A DNA stretch of 64,000 nucleotides from Psammoneis japonica (GCA_008632985.1 QPGO01000024.1:449848-513847), one strand, 5' to 3'; positions 36,921 to 50,958 are shown, numbered from the stretch's first letter. Notes: a model not told the origin generated them from the letters alone. Program-made: numbers and translations.

Positions 36921-39049
36921 GACACTTTTGACGACCCGGAAGCAACTCAAGAAATCAACAAGCACATTGAAAATGGTGCCAAGCTCACTGTCATCTGGTC
37001 TTCTTGCCACAAAGTCAGCGATTGCCTTCTGCTTTCCTTGAGCAGAGAAACTGGTGTCAAGAAGGATGAATGCCTGGAACAACAGATCATCATCATTAAA
37101 TTGGAGACTGGGGATCAGCACTGCCTTCATTTTTCCAAGAATGCTCTCAACCAAGCATTCAACAGCAAGGACAATGGAGATTCAGGCACAAAGGAATGTC
37201 TTTTGCACATTGGTGCAACCACATCCTTTGCTGTTGCCATGGAGTTTGGAGCTGGGGCCAGCCTCTTGTTGGCTGTTTTGAACATGGCTTGCAAAGATGT
37301 TGAGCAATGTCATGATGCCCACCATCAAGGACTTGAAAATGTGCAAGTTCTCTGCACACACCAAAATGGAGTCTCCGCACACACCAAAATGGAGCTGCCC
37401 ATGAGAGCAACGGCTGTGGAGAACGTGCTGGGTGTTCCTGTTTTGGAGCATCCAGCTTTCCATCATTTTGAATTCAACGAGGAGTTGCACTCAATTCTTG
37501 CCGGGTCTGAGGGCCGTGTCAGTCTTGACTTCAATGGGCACAGCTTGGTTCTGCAAGCGGGTGTCCCTGAATTTGCTTTGTTCAAGGAAGTGCCTCATTG
37601 CATTGAGGAAATCATGGGGCAACCACAAAAGTCACTTGTCAAATGAATCCCAGTGCTTGAGTCTGTGAACGAATTCATGGTCGCACTTCAAAAGGTTGAG
37701 ACTGTTGCAAACCTGCTTGAGGAACAAAAGGTTTTGCACCCTCTTGGACAGGCAGCTGGTGGTGAAGGAGAGTCTGAGGTCATTTGTGAGCAACTCCTTT
37801 TGTCTCAAAACAGTGTTTCACCAAATGACTTGGTGGTGCAGGCCCTGAAAGCCCGGTGGTGGGAGGCCCTGTCGGGGCTTGCATTGGTCCTGCTTGAAGA
37901 TGCTTTGAAAAAGATTGACTGCCAGCCAGCTGGGGCCATTGTCAATGAGTTTGCAGAAAGCAAAGTTCAAAAAGAAAAACAATGCCAAGGAGAAGCTGGA
38001 GGTGTTTGCAACTGAACTTGAAGACAATCCATTCACAGTGTTGCGATCCTCCCACAAGAATCTAAAAACCTGCATCTCAAACCTGCTTGACCCAAAGGCC
38101 ATTTTTTCCTCAAGCATCTGTCACTTGCAACTAGAGCTGCCAGTGGTGGACATGAATTGTGGCAACATCTGTGTTTGTGCAGCCAGCAACAAGCTTCTTG
38201 ATCCAGAAAATGGAGAAAACAAGCAAGAAGACTCAATGTTGTGCTTTGCAGAACTGGCTGGATTTGAGAAGTTGAGTGCAGTGTTGCTCAAAGTGTGAGA
38301 TGCCCAAGGCATTCTCTGTGATGCTGTTGTCTGTGTTGCCTGTTGAGACAACAGCAATTTTGATGCTGCAATGCCGGCAACAATTGTTGCCGGTGTTGAG
38401 GAACTTGGTTTGAATTGTTGCACACAGTGAGGTGGTCATCAGCTTGTTCGTCAAAGGGCCGGCATTGCAACTGCTTGGCGAGTGGCTCAAAACACTGTGG
38501 CTTGCTAACATGCACCTGAGCAACACTCAGCAGAAGGCACTTGTGCACTGTGAGTGTCTCTTGAAATTGCAGAACTGCAAGCATGACCATGATGGCCAAG
38601 GCTTTTTGGGAGACCAACACCTTCATGAGCCTAAATTGAACTTGGACATTCACCAAGATGTTCCAAAACACTTCTTGGGGATGCTGGTCAAGGGCATGAA
38701 AAGTGGTGCTGTTTGTTCTCTCATGTTCAAAGGAGGCAGCAGCACTTTCAGAATTGAAGAGTAAAGAACATTGCACTCATTCTCAAAATTAATGGATGTG
38801 CCAAAGCCAGAGGCATGGCGTTCCATCTGAACCAGTTCAAGGTGCTAACTGACAAGAATGAGACCAGGTGGGGTCACAATCAGCCAGTGAGTGCAGCAGA
38901 TTCTGTTGCTGTGGCTGGCTTGGAGGCTGCCAAACCCAAAGTGATGAGTCCAGGAGATTCTGTGATGTGTCTTTTTGCAACTCTGTCTTGTCTTGTCTAG
39001 TCTCATCTTTTCTTGCTTTCACTGTCAGATTCTCAACATTGTGAAAGGG

Positions 39050-40200
39050 TTTGCAAACAGGCTCACGGTGGCCAGGACTGCGGCACAACCAGCAGTTGCC
39101 CCTGCAGGAAATGTGGTTGATCAAGAAGTTGTTCCTGATGGCAGACAAAATGAGATGGATGGAGGGGCTGCCAGCGGAGGTGGCCACAATGGTGAAGAAC
39201 AACCAGTGGCTGCAAGAGAGGGTGGCAGAAACAACAATGGAGTCAAGATGCATGGAGGAGCAGTTGCCGAAGGTGGACACAACGGCACTGGACAACCTGC
39301 AGTTGCAGGTGGAGATGACAACAAAGGAGGAAACGAGATGGACAGAGGGGCTGGACAACCAGCAGCTGCAGCAGGAGGTGACACAGAAAACAATGAAAGA
39401 GACAAGATGGACAAAGGGACTGCCGGTGGAGGCAATGGGAACAAGGTGAACACTTGTGCTCTGACTGCATTGACTGTGCTGAACACTTGGGGTGACACCT
39501 TCAAGGTTGACCCCATCTCTTGGTCATGCAACTCCTGCATGGTCAAAAACAAAGGGTTGGCCATTGCATGCATTGCCTGTGAAATGGCGCCGCCCACTGA
39601 AACGAGCAATGCACCAGTGGGTGCACCCGCTCAGTGCAACTTGGGTGAGGACATGCCAAATGCATCAATGGGTGCACCCGCTCAGCCCAGCTCAGATGGG
39701 GGCATGCCAATGATTTGATGGCTGCATCTGCTCAGCGCAACTCAGAAAAGGATGTGCCAAATGCAGTGATGAATGCACCCGCTCAGCACAAATTGGGCAA
39801 GGACACGCCAAATCCATCGTTGGCTGCACCACCAGCAAGTGGCCCAACTGGGGGTGTCAGTTTTGGATTCAATCCAACTGCATCCAACTCCCAGGTGAAG
39901 TCAGACAAGCCAGAATCCATGGGAGTGACACTTGCTCTTCCAGCAACTGCCTCTGGAACTGGAGGTTTTGGTTTCGGTTTCAAGCCAAATGATTTGAACT
40001 CCGATGCAAAGTCAGACAAGCCAATTAAATCCACAACAGTGCCACCCACTGGAGGTCTAAGTTTTGGATTCAATCCAAATGTGGACTCCCAGGTGAAGTC
40101 AGATGAGCCAATCAAATCCACTGGAGTGGCACTCACTCTTCCAAAGACTGGATTTGAAGGTTTTGGTTTTACGTTCAAACCCAATGCATTTAGCATCCAA
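39050..40200 (+). pseudogene. Nucleoporin-like fragment: RanBP2-type zinc finger plus FG repeats
   Basis: WGDTFK...SWSCNSCMVKNK..IACIACE (W-x-C-x2-C-x3-N-x6-C-x2-C), followed by GGVSFGFNP, GGFGFGFKP, GGLSFGFNP, GFGFTFKP; frameshifted near 39715. Confidence 0.75.
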
Positions 40201-43200
40201 TGCAAAGTTGGGCAAGTCAGTTGAATCTGCGGCACTGCCACCTTCTGCTGTTGCCACATTGAACAGGAAGTCTGCTTCACTGCCAAAGGAGGATGATTTG
40301 GAGTGCAAGGTTGTGGCCTGGGCGAGCCTGGATTGCAAGGTCCGTGGCTGATGCTCCAAAGCTTGAGGCAGGTGCACAGTGCCTTGGCCAAAGGAGGAAG
40401 GTTTGGAATGCAAGGTTGCATTTCCTGCTTGTGTGGCAGCACTGGAATTTTGTGGACAACCAAACAAAATGGACAGCTGCTGCAAGAAGCTGATGAAGGC
40501 AAATCCACAAAGAATCTCTTGCTGCAAAACTTTACAGACGTCTGTGGATCCAATGAATGGCACATTTTTGCCTCTTTGTGATTTGGTCACAGTGTGCTTT
40601 TTAATGAGTGCCATCACAAAATGCTGATGGAATGACTGTGCAACCCAACAGCAACTGGCAGGGCACAACAATTCTCATTGATTGCCCTTGCAAGTGGGAT
40701 GCTTTGTCACCAGATGCAAGCAGTTTGTTGTTGTGTCATCAAAGCTGCAGACTGTCTTGCTGTTTGTTGAGGCTCTGGTTTTTCAAAATGCAATGAGCAA
40801 TGCAGCCATGAAACAAACAAACTGAAAGCAGCTGTTTCCAATCAATGGTCCTTGCCCTTTGCTGGCCGCTTGTGAGGAACATCTGTGTTTGAGTGGGATG
40901 CCCATGTCTTGAAGGCAGTCGGCAGGGGAGAATCCAATGCCCAAAAGTCACCATGGTCTGCAAGGACAGAGGTGGCCTGCACCACCTGGGCTTCTTCCTT
41001 TTCCTGCCAATTGCCAAATTCAAGGGTCCAATCAAAGTGGCATTTCCATCTTCTCAGGGTGACGAACCAATGGACTGCCATTTGGATGTTGAAACTTTCC
41101 AAGCATTTGCGGCAATGGGTGGCCTCCAAGAGTTCAAACTCCAAGGTTTGATTTTGGCAAAAGAGCAGCAGTGCACATTGGGTGAGCTTCAAAAAGGTTC
41201 AAAAGTGGTGCTGAGAGAGTGTTTCTTTGACAGGGCTGGTGGGGGAATGAAGCTGTTCAGCAATTCAAAGTCTGAGCTGAACTTTCATGTCAAAAGATTG
41301 CCAAAATCGGAGCCACACTTGGGGTGATTCTCAGAGTGCAGGCGGTGTGCAACCGGATTCTCAAATGCTTTGTCATTCAACCAAAGGAAGGTGAACAGAC
41401 AACAGCACTGGCATCTGATGTTGACACTGTTCTCGTGACTTTGGTCATGTGCAAACTCATTTGTGAGCATTGAGGCATTGTCTTGTTTTCTTTGTTTGAC
41501 AAGAAAGCCGACTTCCATTTTGAGGGCTTGAGTTGGACGGACATGTGCAGCAGTGCACGGAGAAGGAGTGTCATGGAATGGGCAATCAATTGCATGGGTG
41601 TCAAGAAAGAAGTCAAAGCAGCCATGGCCACTGGAGATTTGGGGCTTGGTGGCAACATCAGTGCTTTTGACTGAACAAGTGAAATTGTGAAGGCTGAAGA
41701 TCTCTGTGTGGATGGCAATGTGTTGTGTTGCATGAAGAAATTTCATGTGCTTTGCACTGTTTTCATCATGTCTGTGCTTGAACCACATCTCACATCCCAT
41801 TCTGCTGCCTTCTCTTGCAATGGTGAGATGCCTCTTGCCAGAAAAAGAGGTTTTGGACAACTTTTAAAAAGCCTGAGCCTGTGGAGGCTGTTTCCATTCC
41901 TGGGCAGATTACAAAGTTGACAGAAGTGGTCGGTCGGTGCACCACAGCTGACCAACCAAGATGAGAAGAAGCCCTCTGCCCAAGAGTGTGGGCCCATTGC
42001 GGCAGAAGCAGTTCCCTCTGATGTGAAAGCCAGCACTGCATGTCATCTCCAGTGGCTGCTCTGGGGACAACAGATGCATCACCCACTCTTCACAGAGAAC
42101 AAAAAAAATGACAAAAATCTTCCTGTGCCACATCAGATCAATCTGCTCATGTGCTGCCACTTCTTCTCTTCTGAAGGCAAAAAAATCTAGGTTCAGCACT
42201 TGCTGAAGGATCGAATTGCCAAAATGTTGGCCCAACCATGAAATGCCAGTGCAAATGCCCACTCCACACAACACAGAGGGCTTTTTGGAAAGAAGGTGAG
42301 GGGCCTGGCATGTTCCACAAAGCAAGGAGCAGGGCAGTTGCAGTGGCAGTGCACCAGCACACCTGGGAGCTAAATGCAGCATGCCATCAAAAGGCAAAAC
42401 AAGCCAGTGGTGGCACTCAACCCAGCTTGCAAGGACTTCAGAGAACTGTGAAGAATCTTTGTGCAAAACCAAGCATGAAGGCTGAAGACCTGCCTCTGCC
42501 CCAAGTTGGCCAAGTGTTGTCTTTGTGTGTGGGCACAGCATGTGCACAACAAAGTGCACCCAAGCATGTTCCAAAGCCATGCCAGCAACTGTGATGCTGA
42601 ATTGCAAGAAGATGATGAAGAAGTGCAGTGCAAAGATTCAAAGCAGCTGACACCAAAAAACCTGGTCCTGCTGATGCCCAATGACAAGCTGGTTGTGACC
42701 AACAGCTCTTTGACTGGCTGGAGTCAATCTCTGAAAAATGCTCAAGACAACAATGCAAGAGAATGGGTCTGCTTGGGATGCACTGTGTTTTCTCTGGAGG
42801 GTTTTAAAAAGTTGCTGCATGACTTTGACTCTGGCCAACACCATGTGCTCCACAACAGCAGAAGTGTGTCACAGAACAACTTTTGATTTGGTGTGTTGCA
42901 ACAATCTTTTTCTGGACAGCAAGAAATGACAGCACAACAACAGCCAAGGATGGCTGCACATCAGGTCAACTGCAAAGGAGTGGAGCAAAACAAAAGTTTT
43001 GTTGCTGTTGAGAACATTTCTTGCACCAAAAAAGCCCACAAGTGCGCCAATGAATGGTCTTCTTGTCCATGGAGAAAATGGAGAGGACGTGTTGGAGAGT
43101 CAACAACATCTGAATCTTTGTTGCCAATGGGCACACAACTCAAGGCTTTGATGACCCACTGGATGTGTGAAAAGATTGACAGTGACCATCACATTCTTTC

Positions 43201-44765
43201 CCACAGGGGCGCTGCCATCTGCTTGAAGAATTGCTCTGACCCATCAAGGGCTTGAGAGTTGCACAGCATCCACTCATCTGAAATCAACTCTGCTTTGTGC
43301 TCCAACCCACAAGCAAAAAGGAGTGAAACACTAGAACCATCCTGCCTGGGAAAGCATGATGGCAGATGCTGCAGCACTTTGGCTGCTTCTACAACAAAGG
43401 AGCGATGTGCAGAACATCATTTGGTGTGGCAAATGGAAATGAATCTTGACCTCAAGGGCTCTGTGGTTGCAGAAGAGTCATGCATGCATGGTTGCTCATC
43501 TTGGCACCAGTTGGTTGACTGACTGCTAAACACATGAAGCACTTGCTTGAGTGCCAGGAAATCAGACCTGCAAGCAGAAAAAAGAGCAGGCACTTGCCAT
43601 GTCAGTTCCCTCTTGGCACAAATCTAAACAGGGAGGTCAAGTTGGCAATGAGGATGAGTTGGCCAAGAGAGCCTTTTTTGGCATGGGTCAAGAAGCTTTG
43701 CACCCATGCCACAAGCAAGAGCAAGTGCCATCAAGCCAGCATTGCAGAAAACAGTTCAAAGCAGCACATTTGGCCTTGTGACATGGACAGCACTGGTGAT
43801 GAATGGTGTGTGGCAACACCATCAGGAGAGAAGTGCTAACACCCATTGCCATTGCCTTTGGTGCTCAGTGTCAACACAAACTTTGTGCCAACAGAAAGCT
43901 GGCTCAATCAAAATGGCATGCTTGGTGGCACTGTTGGAGCAAGCACACTTGGCAGAAATGCCAAAATCATGTGCACACTTTGTCAGATGCTGAGAACAAC
44001 AATGGCAATGAACTGCAGGAAGGCTCTCCTTTTCATGATGGCCAAGTCCCACTGCAAGATGTTGCACCCAGAGTGCCAAGTGCTGAGGTGTGCCTCCAAA
44101 GATGACAATGACAAGGGCAGCAGCAGCAACAAGAACAGACACCATCACAGCTGATTTGGCAGACAAAAGCTCTAAAAATGATGACAAAGCTCCACATCTT
44201 GTGCACCAGGAGTTGAGTGACCTCTCAAGTGTCAAATGCAATGAGGTTGATTCAAGTTGGCTTGTGTCTGATGCAGCTGCACTTTCCTCATTGCTCCAAA
44301 CAATTGATGCTGACTGGGTGAGATGTGGGTTGAGCACACACATTGCCCTCAACTCCACACAGCCACAGCTTTTTGACAACCCAGAAGCAAGCCCATTGCC
44401 TGGCATCCTGCACCCAATGCCACACAACCATCTTGCCAACAATGCAAGAAGCCCACTCAGGCATGGCCAATGCAGGCATCATCAAGCAGGTGCCATTTGT
44501 CAAGCAGCTGACTGACAATGAGAGTGTCTTCTGACAGTCCGCTGCTGCCTTCACAAGCACAAGGGCAAATTTTTGCACTGGGCAGCCAGAAGGAGCACAA
44601 AGTGCTGCAAAAGCAGCTGCCAATCCCAACTGCATTCCTGGCACTGTTGAGCAATCAAAGAGATGAGAAGCTCATCTCCCAGATGGCACCAAAAAACATG
44701 ACTGAGCATTGCCGTCCACCACTTGTTATGCTGCATGGAGGGCCAATGACAAAATGAATGAACGG

Positions 44766-45011
44766 AGTGCACATTTGCTTCTGGCAGGACAGTTTGCCCA
44801 ACTGGGTGAGCTCTTTGTCAAGCAAATGTTTGTCACTGTTGCTGTTGCCACACTTGGGACACCATGACAAGTTGCTGGCAGGCATGTCCACAAACAGAGT
44901 GCACATTTTGCTTTGCAGGCAGTTTGACTGGTTGTGAGCTTTTGTCAAGCAAATGTTTGCCACTGTTGCTGTTGCCACACTTGGGAGACACCAAGACAAG
45001 TTGCTGGCAGA
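44766..45011. repeat. ~130-bp tandem duplication
   Basis: gagtgcacattt ... tttgtcaagcaaatgtttg.cactgttgctgttgccacacttggga ... gacaagttgctggcag occurs twice. Confidence 0.9.
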
Positions 45012-45693
45012 TGGTGCAATGCCCCACAAAGTTCAAAAAATGGCAGCATTTTCCATTTGTGCTGTGGAGTGCTGTGACACAAAATTGCACAGCACACAAC
45101 TTGTCATGCCATCTGTCCTGGAATGCACAAGGGACATTTGCAAAAAAAGCATGTGCAAGGTGGGAAATCAAGCATGAGTCATTCAAGTGCATGTTGATGA
45201 AACAATGAGCAACACACATTGCCAAGTGCATTGTGGCAGTTGCCAAATGGCACTGCAATGGACAAAGTGCACCTTTTAGCACTTTTGGAATTCCACAGAT
45301 GTGGTCAATTGCACAATGGTGCAACAGCACTTTTGTGAAGGGAGAAGAGGCAACAGCAGAAACAGAACAAAGTGCAAAGACAAACAAGAGCCAACTGCAA
45401 GTCAAACATGACAACACACCACAAAATTGTTCTCAATCAAGCCCATGATGCTTGTCAGTGCATCAAACCACAGATGCTTTCCTTGGGCAAGTTAAAGTGC
45501 CAGCGTGCAATGTGATGAACCATCATGTTGGGAGATGAGACAACAATCAACCACAACAGTCATGAGCAAACACAAGAGTGCATGCTGCTGAATGTTGCCA
45601 TTGTTGAGTCAAGGGCATGACTGCACATCATGCTGCCATTTCTTCATCAGTTGGTGGAGGTCTTGGAAAAGTGCAGGGGCAATCATTGTGCAG

Positions 45694-45796
45694 CACCTGC
45701 TTGAGGTGCTGCTTTTGTGTTGCAATGATTGCACCAGAGGCAGCGCCACCTGCTTGAGGTGCTGCTTTTGTGTTGCAATGATTGCACCAGAGGCAG
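45694..45796. repeat. Exact tandem duplication, 53-bp period
   Basis: cacctgcttgaggtgctgcttttgtgttgcaatgattgcaccagaggcag at 45694 and 45747. Confidence 0.95.
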
Positions 45797-48204
45797 TGCA
45801 AAGAGTGTGCACTTGCCCATGCATGGGGAGATTGGGTCAGGAAAATCCAAGAACCTGTTGGCCAACAGATGTGGTGGTCATCATTTGACAAGGATCTCCT
45901 CTGTGGCAAGGGCTGGCACTCTGAAGAGAGGTGCCAAATCCTCAGGCACCTGCAATTGTCCCCCCACTCCCCAGCACTTGAAACAAAGAAAATGGTCAGA
46001 CATTGTTCCTCCCACACTTCAAGATGCTTTTGTCAAAAAAAAGAAACAAATTTGGGAAATGCTGTGCAACTTGGTGGCTTGCCAACATTGAGGCCATCAT
46101 GCTGATGCAGCGACAAAGCCAAAAAACTTGCTCAAACAAACATTGGCAAAGGAAGCAAGTGCTGCAAATGACAATTTTCATGTCAACCACAAACATCAGA
46201 ACAGATGAAAATGACAAGGCAGAATTGATTGTCATCATCAGTGTGAAGAAAAGTCCAACAGTGTTCCAAAAAGAAACAATGCAAAACCTGCCCCAGCTGT
46301 GTGATCAACCACTGTGGTGCATCTGTCACAAAAACTTGAGTGCAATGACCACAATGCTGGCTCCACTCATTCCAGTGGTTGCGCATCATGTCATTGCTGA
46401 TGCAAAAGATTGAACAGTGCACCAAACTCTCTCGTGAAAAAACACAATGTGGTGAGTGCAACCCAGCTGCCATTTTTGCTCCAGTCACAAAAGCACAGTG
46501 TTTTCTTTTGAAACAGCTTGTTGGAAAAAATGGCTTGAAATCTGTGAGGGGGATGAAGGCAAGAGGCAGGCTGGGCTGAAAATTGTGCAAAAACACACTG
46601 CGCACTGACTGCGCAGAGACTTCCATGCATGCAACATGACATCAACCATGCTTGCACAGTTGACCTCTCATCTCTTGAGCACTGGAGAATGTGGTTGTTG
46701 CCCTGTTGCACTTGGACGCAGTGCAGACAATCCATGACCATGATTTGAACTCATCCAAATCCAGCACACTTCTTGAGCATGCAGCACACTGTTGCAAAGA
46801 AAGCACTTTTTTCACATTTTGGATTCCTTGGTTTCACACAACAAAATCACAAGCCACTGACTTCTTCTGCACAAAGCGTTGTGGTGTCTGCTCTGTCCAG
46901 GCATGATGTGGAGGTTTGTCAAGAGCAAACCTGGATTTCATCCACTTCTGCCTCCTGAGAAAGCTGCAGCATGAAAAAATTCTTGCCTGGCATTGTTGAG
47001 TGTTGTGTGCTCAAGTGTGTTTGTGCATCATTGGTGGGCCACCTGGTGTCTCTTGCAATCCTGCTCCTGCTGCAAACTGTGCAGTGGCTTTTCAATTTTT
47101 TGTGTCACTGAGATTTCTTCAATGGCAGCCTGGAGTTGTGTTGGCTAATGCTGCCAGAAAAGGAGCTTGACTTCTTGCTTGAAAGCATTGAGAGATTTCT
47201 TAGAGTCCTTGGAAGAAAAATGAGGATGAGTGTTCCAACAAGAGCACTCATCTTTTGTGGGAACACAAGGAGAGTTGTGGCAACTGCAAAGCATTGCTCC
47301 AAAAAGATCCCAAGCTGGCAAGATGTGAGAAACATGTCACATAAAAAACACCAGGAAGACAGCTTCTCAAAAGACATGATTGCAGAGTTGGACTTGGCTG
47401 ACTTTGTTTAGAAGGCAGTTGGAGACAAGAGTGTGGGACATTTGTTTTGATGAACTCATGGCTTGCAAGGAAAAGCAGGGCCATTGCAATTGCCAAAAGA
47501 CTGGAAAAAGAAAACAAGAAGCTGGAAACCTCAGTCAACAACCAGCACACTGTCCATGGAAAAGTGGCCACAAAACCAGAGAGGTTGAACAAGCTCAACT
47601 TGATTCGCTTCACTTGGAAGAAAAGTGACCAACGTATTTTGGGGATGAGTTGTGTGCAACAGAGTTTGCAGCGCGCAAAAAAAAAAACCAGGTGCACACA
47701 CAGTCCCCAGTTCCACAGTCACTGTTTGTCTTTTGTGACTGTGTGCAACACCTTATGCTCGCGTTTATGCTCACGATGGTCTATGACTGGCGGCCTGCAT
47801 TGCTGTCCTACCCTTGTCCTTGGCTCACAGGACTTTTGATGGATCATTTAATCATAGATGGTCCGGGTCTACTAACTAGTTGCTTACGAGAGAAGCTTTG
47901 CTCTGTCAACGACCAAGTTGGATTGAGGAGAGCATGGGCTATTTTCTGAACTCAATGTACAATAAAAAAGGCAAAGGCAGCAGGGTCGATTCATGGACGT
48001 AGGGCCCTACATCAGAGCAAGAAGATTTACTCCAGCTAGTAGCCAGCCTCGCATGAGAGCTGCTCCATTAAAAAAAAAAAAATTGCCATCGATTGCTCTC
48101 CCCATTTGACAGTGATGATTCTTTAATTGTCTTAACTGTTTTTGCCATATATTCGATCGAACCCATCTGCTCCAAACAACGCCGTACAGCAAGCAAGACA
48201 ATCA

Positions 48205-49155
48205 TCACGAGACGTTCTCTCGTTGCAGCCTCTCCCGCATTTCCTCCAAAAGCTGCAGAACCAGATGTTTTGCCAGACCCATGACACTGTCTTGCGTGCC
48301 ATCGATATGTTCGATGTGTTTGGTCACCAGTGGGTGTTCCACCATGAGGCCACCAGCACAAGAAAGAATCGGGGCATCTTCGTCTCGAAGAAGATCGACA
48401 AGGTCTTTGCCATCTCCGTCAACAAGAGCCACAGATTTCTTAAAGTGTATGGTAGCACTGTCCACCCCAGATATTTGTATGCCACTTGGTACGTGTGTCA
48501 AAACGCACGCTCCAACAGTTTTGGGTGGGCTTTCAGCATAGCCTCTTATAAACTTCTTGGCTTCTTCGATCGATATCGGTTTTTCTAATATTCTATCTTC
48601 GTGTGTTACCACTTGGTCTGCAGTCAAAATAATCCAACTCTTCTCGCTATCGTTTGCTGGCATGTCTGACCGCTCGATCTCTCCAGAATTGATGAGTTGC
48701 ACCAAATGATTTCCCTTCGCCGTCGCAAGGGCTTTTACCAATGATCGTGCGTCTCCTTTCGTGCGATCTCCAATAGCATGCTCATCAATTGAGCGTACAA
48801 GCAGATGGAACTTGACATTCATTTCTTCCAGAATGAGTTTACGAGTAAATGATCCCGATCCTAAAATCAACGGCGACGGCAAGCCAAGCAAAGTAAGAGG
48901 ATCTTGAACGTTCTGCTCGTCAAAGCTTTCATTCGTTTCTGTTTGGCTTGAAAATGACATTATTTGCTGTTGTCGTGCTGCACGTGTTGCGGAAGTAGGG
49001 TTATTGTATATTTGTGAGAATCTATGGATGGACGTGCCACGAGAAAAAGCTGTTGCAACCGAGACAACGAGACAGCACACCAATGCACTCCGCTGAGTCC
49101 GTATTGACGAAGAAAGAAGGGAACCGTAGCTGTAACGACGAGGAAGACGGAGCAT
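48205..49155 (-). CDS. maf: Maf-family nucleoside triphosphate pyrophosphatase, probably organelle-targeted
   Basis: LILGSGSFTRKLIL, IDE, TADQVV, ILEKP, AGGLMVE, DSVMGL motifs; VATA-FS targeting-like motif. Start codon uncertain. Confidence 0.9.
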   Translation of the reverse strand: MLRLPRRYSYGSLLSSSIRTQRSALVCCLVVSVATAFSRGTSIHRFSQIYNNPTSATRAARQQQIMSFSSQTETNESFDEQNVQDPLTLLGLPSPLILGSGSFTRKLILEEMNVKFHLLVRSIDEHAIGDRTKGDARSLVKALATAKGNHLVQLINSGEIERSDMPANDSEKSWIILTADQVVTHEDRILEKPISIEEAKKFIRGYAESPPKTVGACVLTHVPSGIQISGVDSATIHFKKSVALVDGDGKDLVDLLRDEDAPILSCAGGLMVEHPLVTKHIEHIDGTQDSVMGLAKHLVLQLLEEMRERLQRENVS

Positions 49156-49338
49156 CTCGGCGACAAGGTGAGTGCTGTTGCATGGGAAAATGGGAACGCT
49201 ACCGACATAACCGACGCACCGCACCTCGAATCCGCTTCCCCCCGTGCGTCGTGTCGATGATTTTTGAAAATTCAATATATTCTACGTGCCTGAAGCTTTT
49301 CCGGTAAACCCATCTCTAATGAAAACCTTCATAGACTG

Positions 49339-49450
49339 ATGTTATATAACTTTTCCCGCCAAAACCAGTTACAGCAGCAACGTCAGGAGTTCAGTCCCCC
49401 TAAAATAATAAAGGAGGCCATCGAGAGCAAATTGTCCAGGACAATGGTCA

Positions 49451-49488
<38 letters not shown>

Positions 49489-50581
49489 GAAAAGCTGTTT
49501 CAGAAGCTTCAAGAAGTGATTGGATCGGATGTGGGAGATCGTGGCATGAAGAGCTTGATTGTGCAAGGCGACTTGCAGGAGGCGTGTTTGAAGCTCGCCA
49601 CGTTGCGCGAAGATTCCCAAGTTGTGGTCTTGTCTGGGTTCCCTTGCTGTGTCACGAACGACCCGCCCACAGAAACCGACGGTCCACCAGGAGCTGCAGC
49701 CATTTGCCGTGCGTTGGTGCAACTGCCATACAAAGTGACTTTGGCGACGGATGAGTGTAACCGGGCCGTTTTTGAGGCATCGTTGAAAACGGATGATAGT
49801 TCTTGGTCGTCGGGTGTTAAGCTCCAATGCTTTCCGAGCGTCAACTGTTGGACGAACGAAAGAGAAGAAGAACTGCATTCTCTAGTACGTACGTGCGATG
49901 CAATTGTGGCTTGCGAACGGGCTGGTCCTGCTGCTGATGGGCACTGCTACACAATGCGCGGTATCGATATGACGGAATGTCATCTCATTGCTCCCCTAGA
50001 TCGTATAGTTACGGAAACTCGTTCACGGAAAGTTCCGTTTATTGCGATTGGAGACGGTGGTACGTTCATATTATGTGAAAGATTCCTACAAAAACTCATG
50101 TTAGACAATTCACAACGAAAGCCATTGCATTCTGCTCTGTCTGTTTCAAACTGTAGGCAACGAAATGGGTATGGGAAAGGTACTCCGGCATATTTTGGAT
50201 AATCCGAAGATCCAGAACGCGTCCAAGATTGCATGCGTGGTGGCAGCGGACTATCTAATTGCTGCGAGTGTCAGTAATTGGGGTGGCTATGCGCTGGCGG
50301 CTGGTATAGCATACGTTGCAGCTCAACGAGAGTACTCAACATCTACGTCAAAGGAGAAGATGCTATCTCGCTTTGTCAACGAGTGGGTAGACCGTTTCCT
50401 TCCTACACGTAAAGAGGAAACTCAATTGTTGGATCGGTGTGTTGAAAATGGGTGCCGAGACGGGGTCAGCGGATTGAAAGAAGCCACTGTTGATGGCATG
50501 CCTTTAGAGACAAGCCTTCAATGCCTTGACGACGTCCGTCAAGCGGTGTTGCATTCTGTGGATCATGGCAAGGAGTTGTAG
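49339..50581 (+). CDS. D-glutamate cyclase-like protein (DUF4392); intron 50060-50156; polyQ tract near N-terminus
   Basis: D.G.RG, GFPC..PPTETDGPPGA, CERAGPAADG..YTMRG, spliced IGDGGNEMGMGKV, SVSNWGGYAL, DGV. Start may be 49339 or 49444. Confidence 0.9.
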
Positions 50582-50958
50582 CAAACATATTGAAGGTCAC
50601 GCGGAGAGTTCTAATCCATAATACCATAATATCTGTTTTAAAGAGCCGCGCAATTCCGTCGATTGAGATGCGTCAATGATTTCTCCATTATCAAAATTGA
50701 GACTAGGATGTCAACAATCACGGACAAGCTCAGCTCTTTCTATAAGGTCGCTATCCCTCGGACGGTTTCCCTCACCAGCAGCGCTATGGATTCTAGTTTG
50801 GACAGTGTGTGACAGAAGTGAGGAAGAGTCGCAACTAGAGAGTCAGAGGTCTTCAAGCTTTCCGATGAGCTGGTGAGTATCCGGATCTCGTTGCCACGTT
50901 AGGGGTGGCGGGAGCAATATCACCTCCCACGGGTCCCTCGAGACGTCAAAAACTAAGT

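Larger units (their letters stand above)
32200..47800. other. TpA/CpG-eroded repeat domain E
   Basis: About 15.6 kb with very few TpA and CpG; contains TE remnants, tandem repeats and gene fragments. Confidence 0.9.

Noticed and set aside
40300..47700. Protein-like fragments (possible LRR or transposase remnants)
   Set aside because: Too eroded to assign a family by eye.
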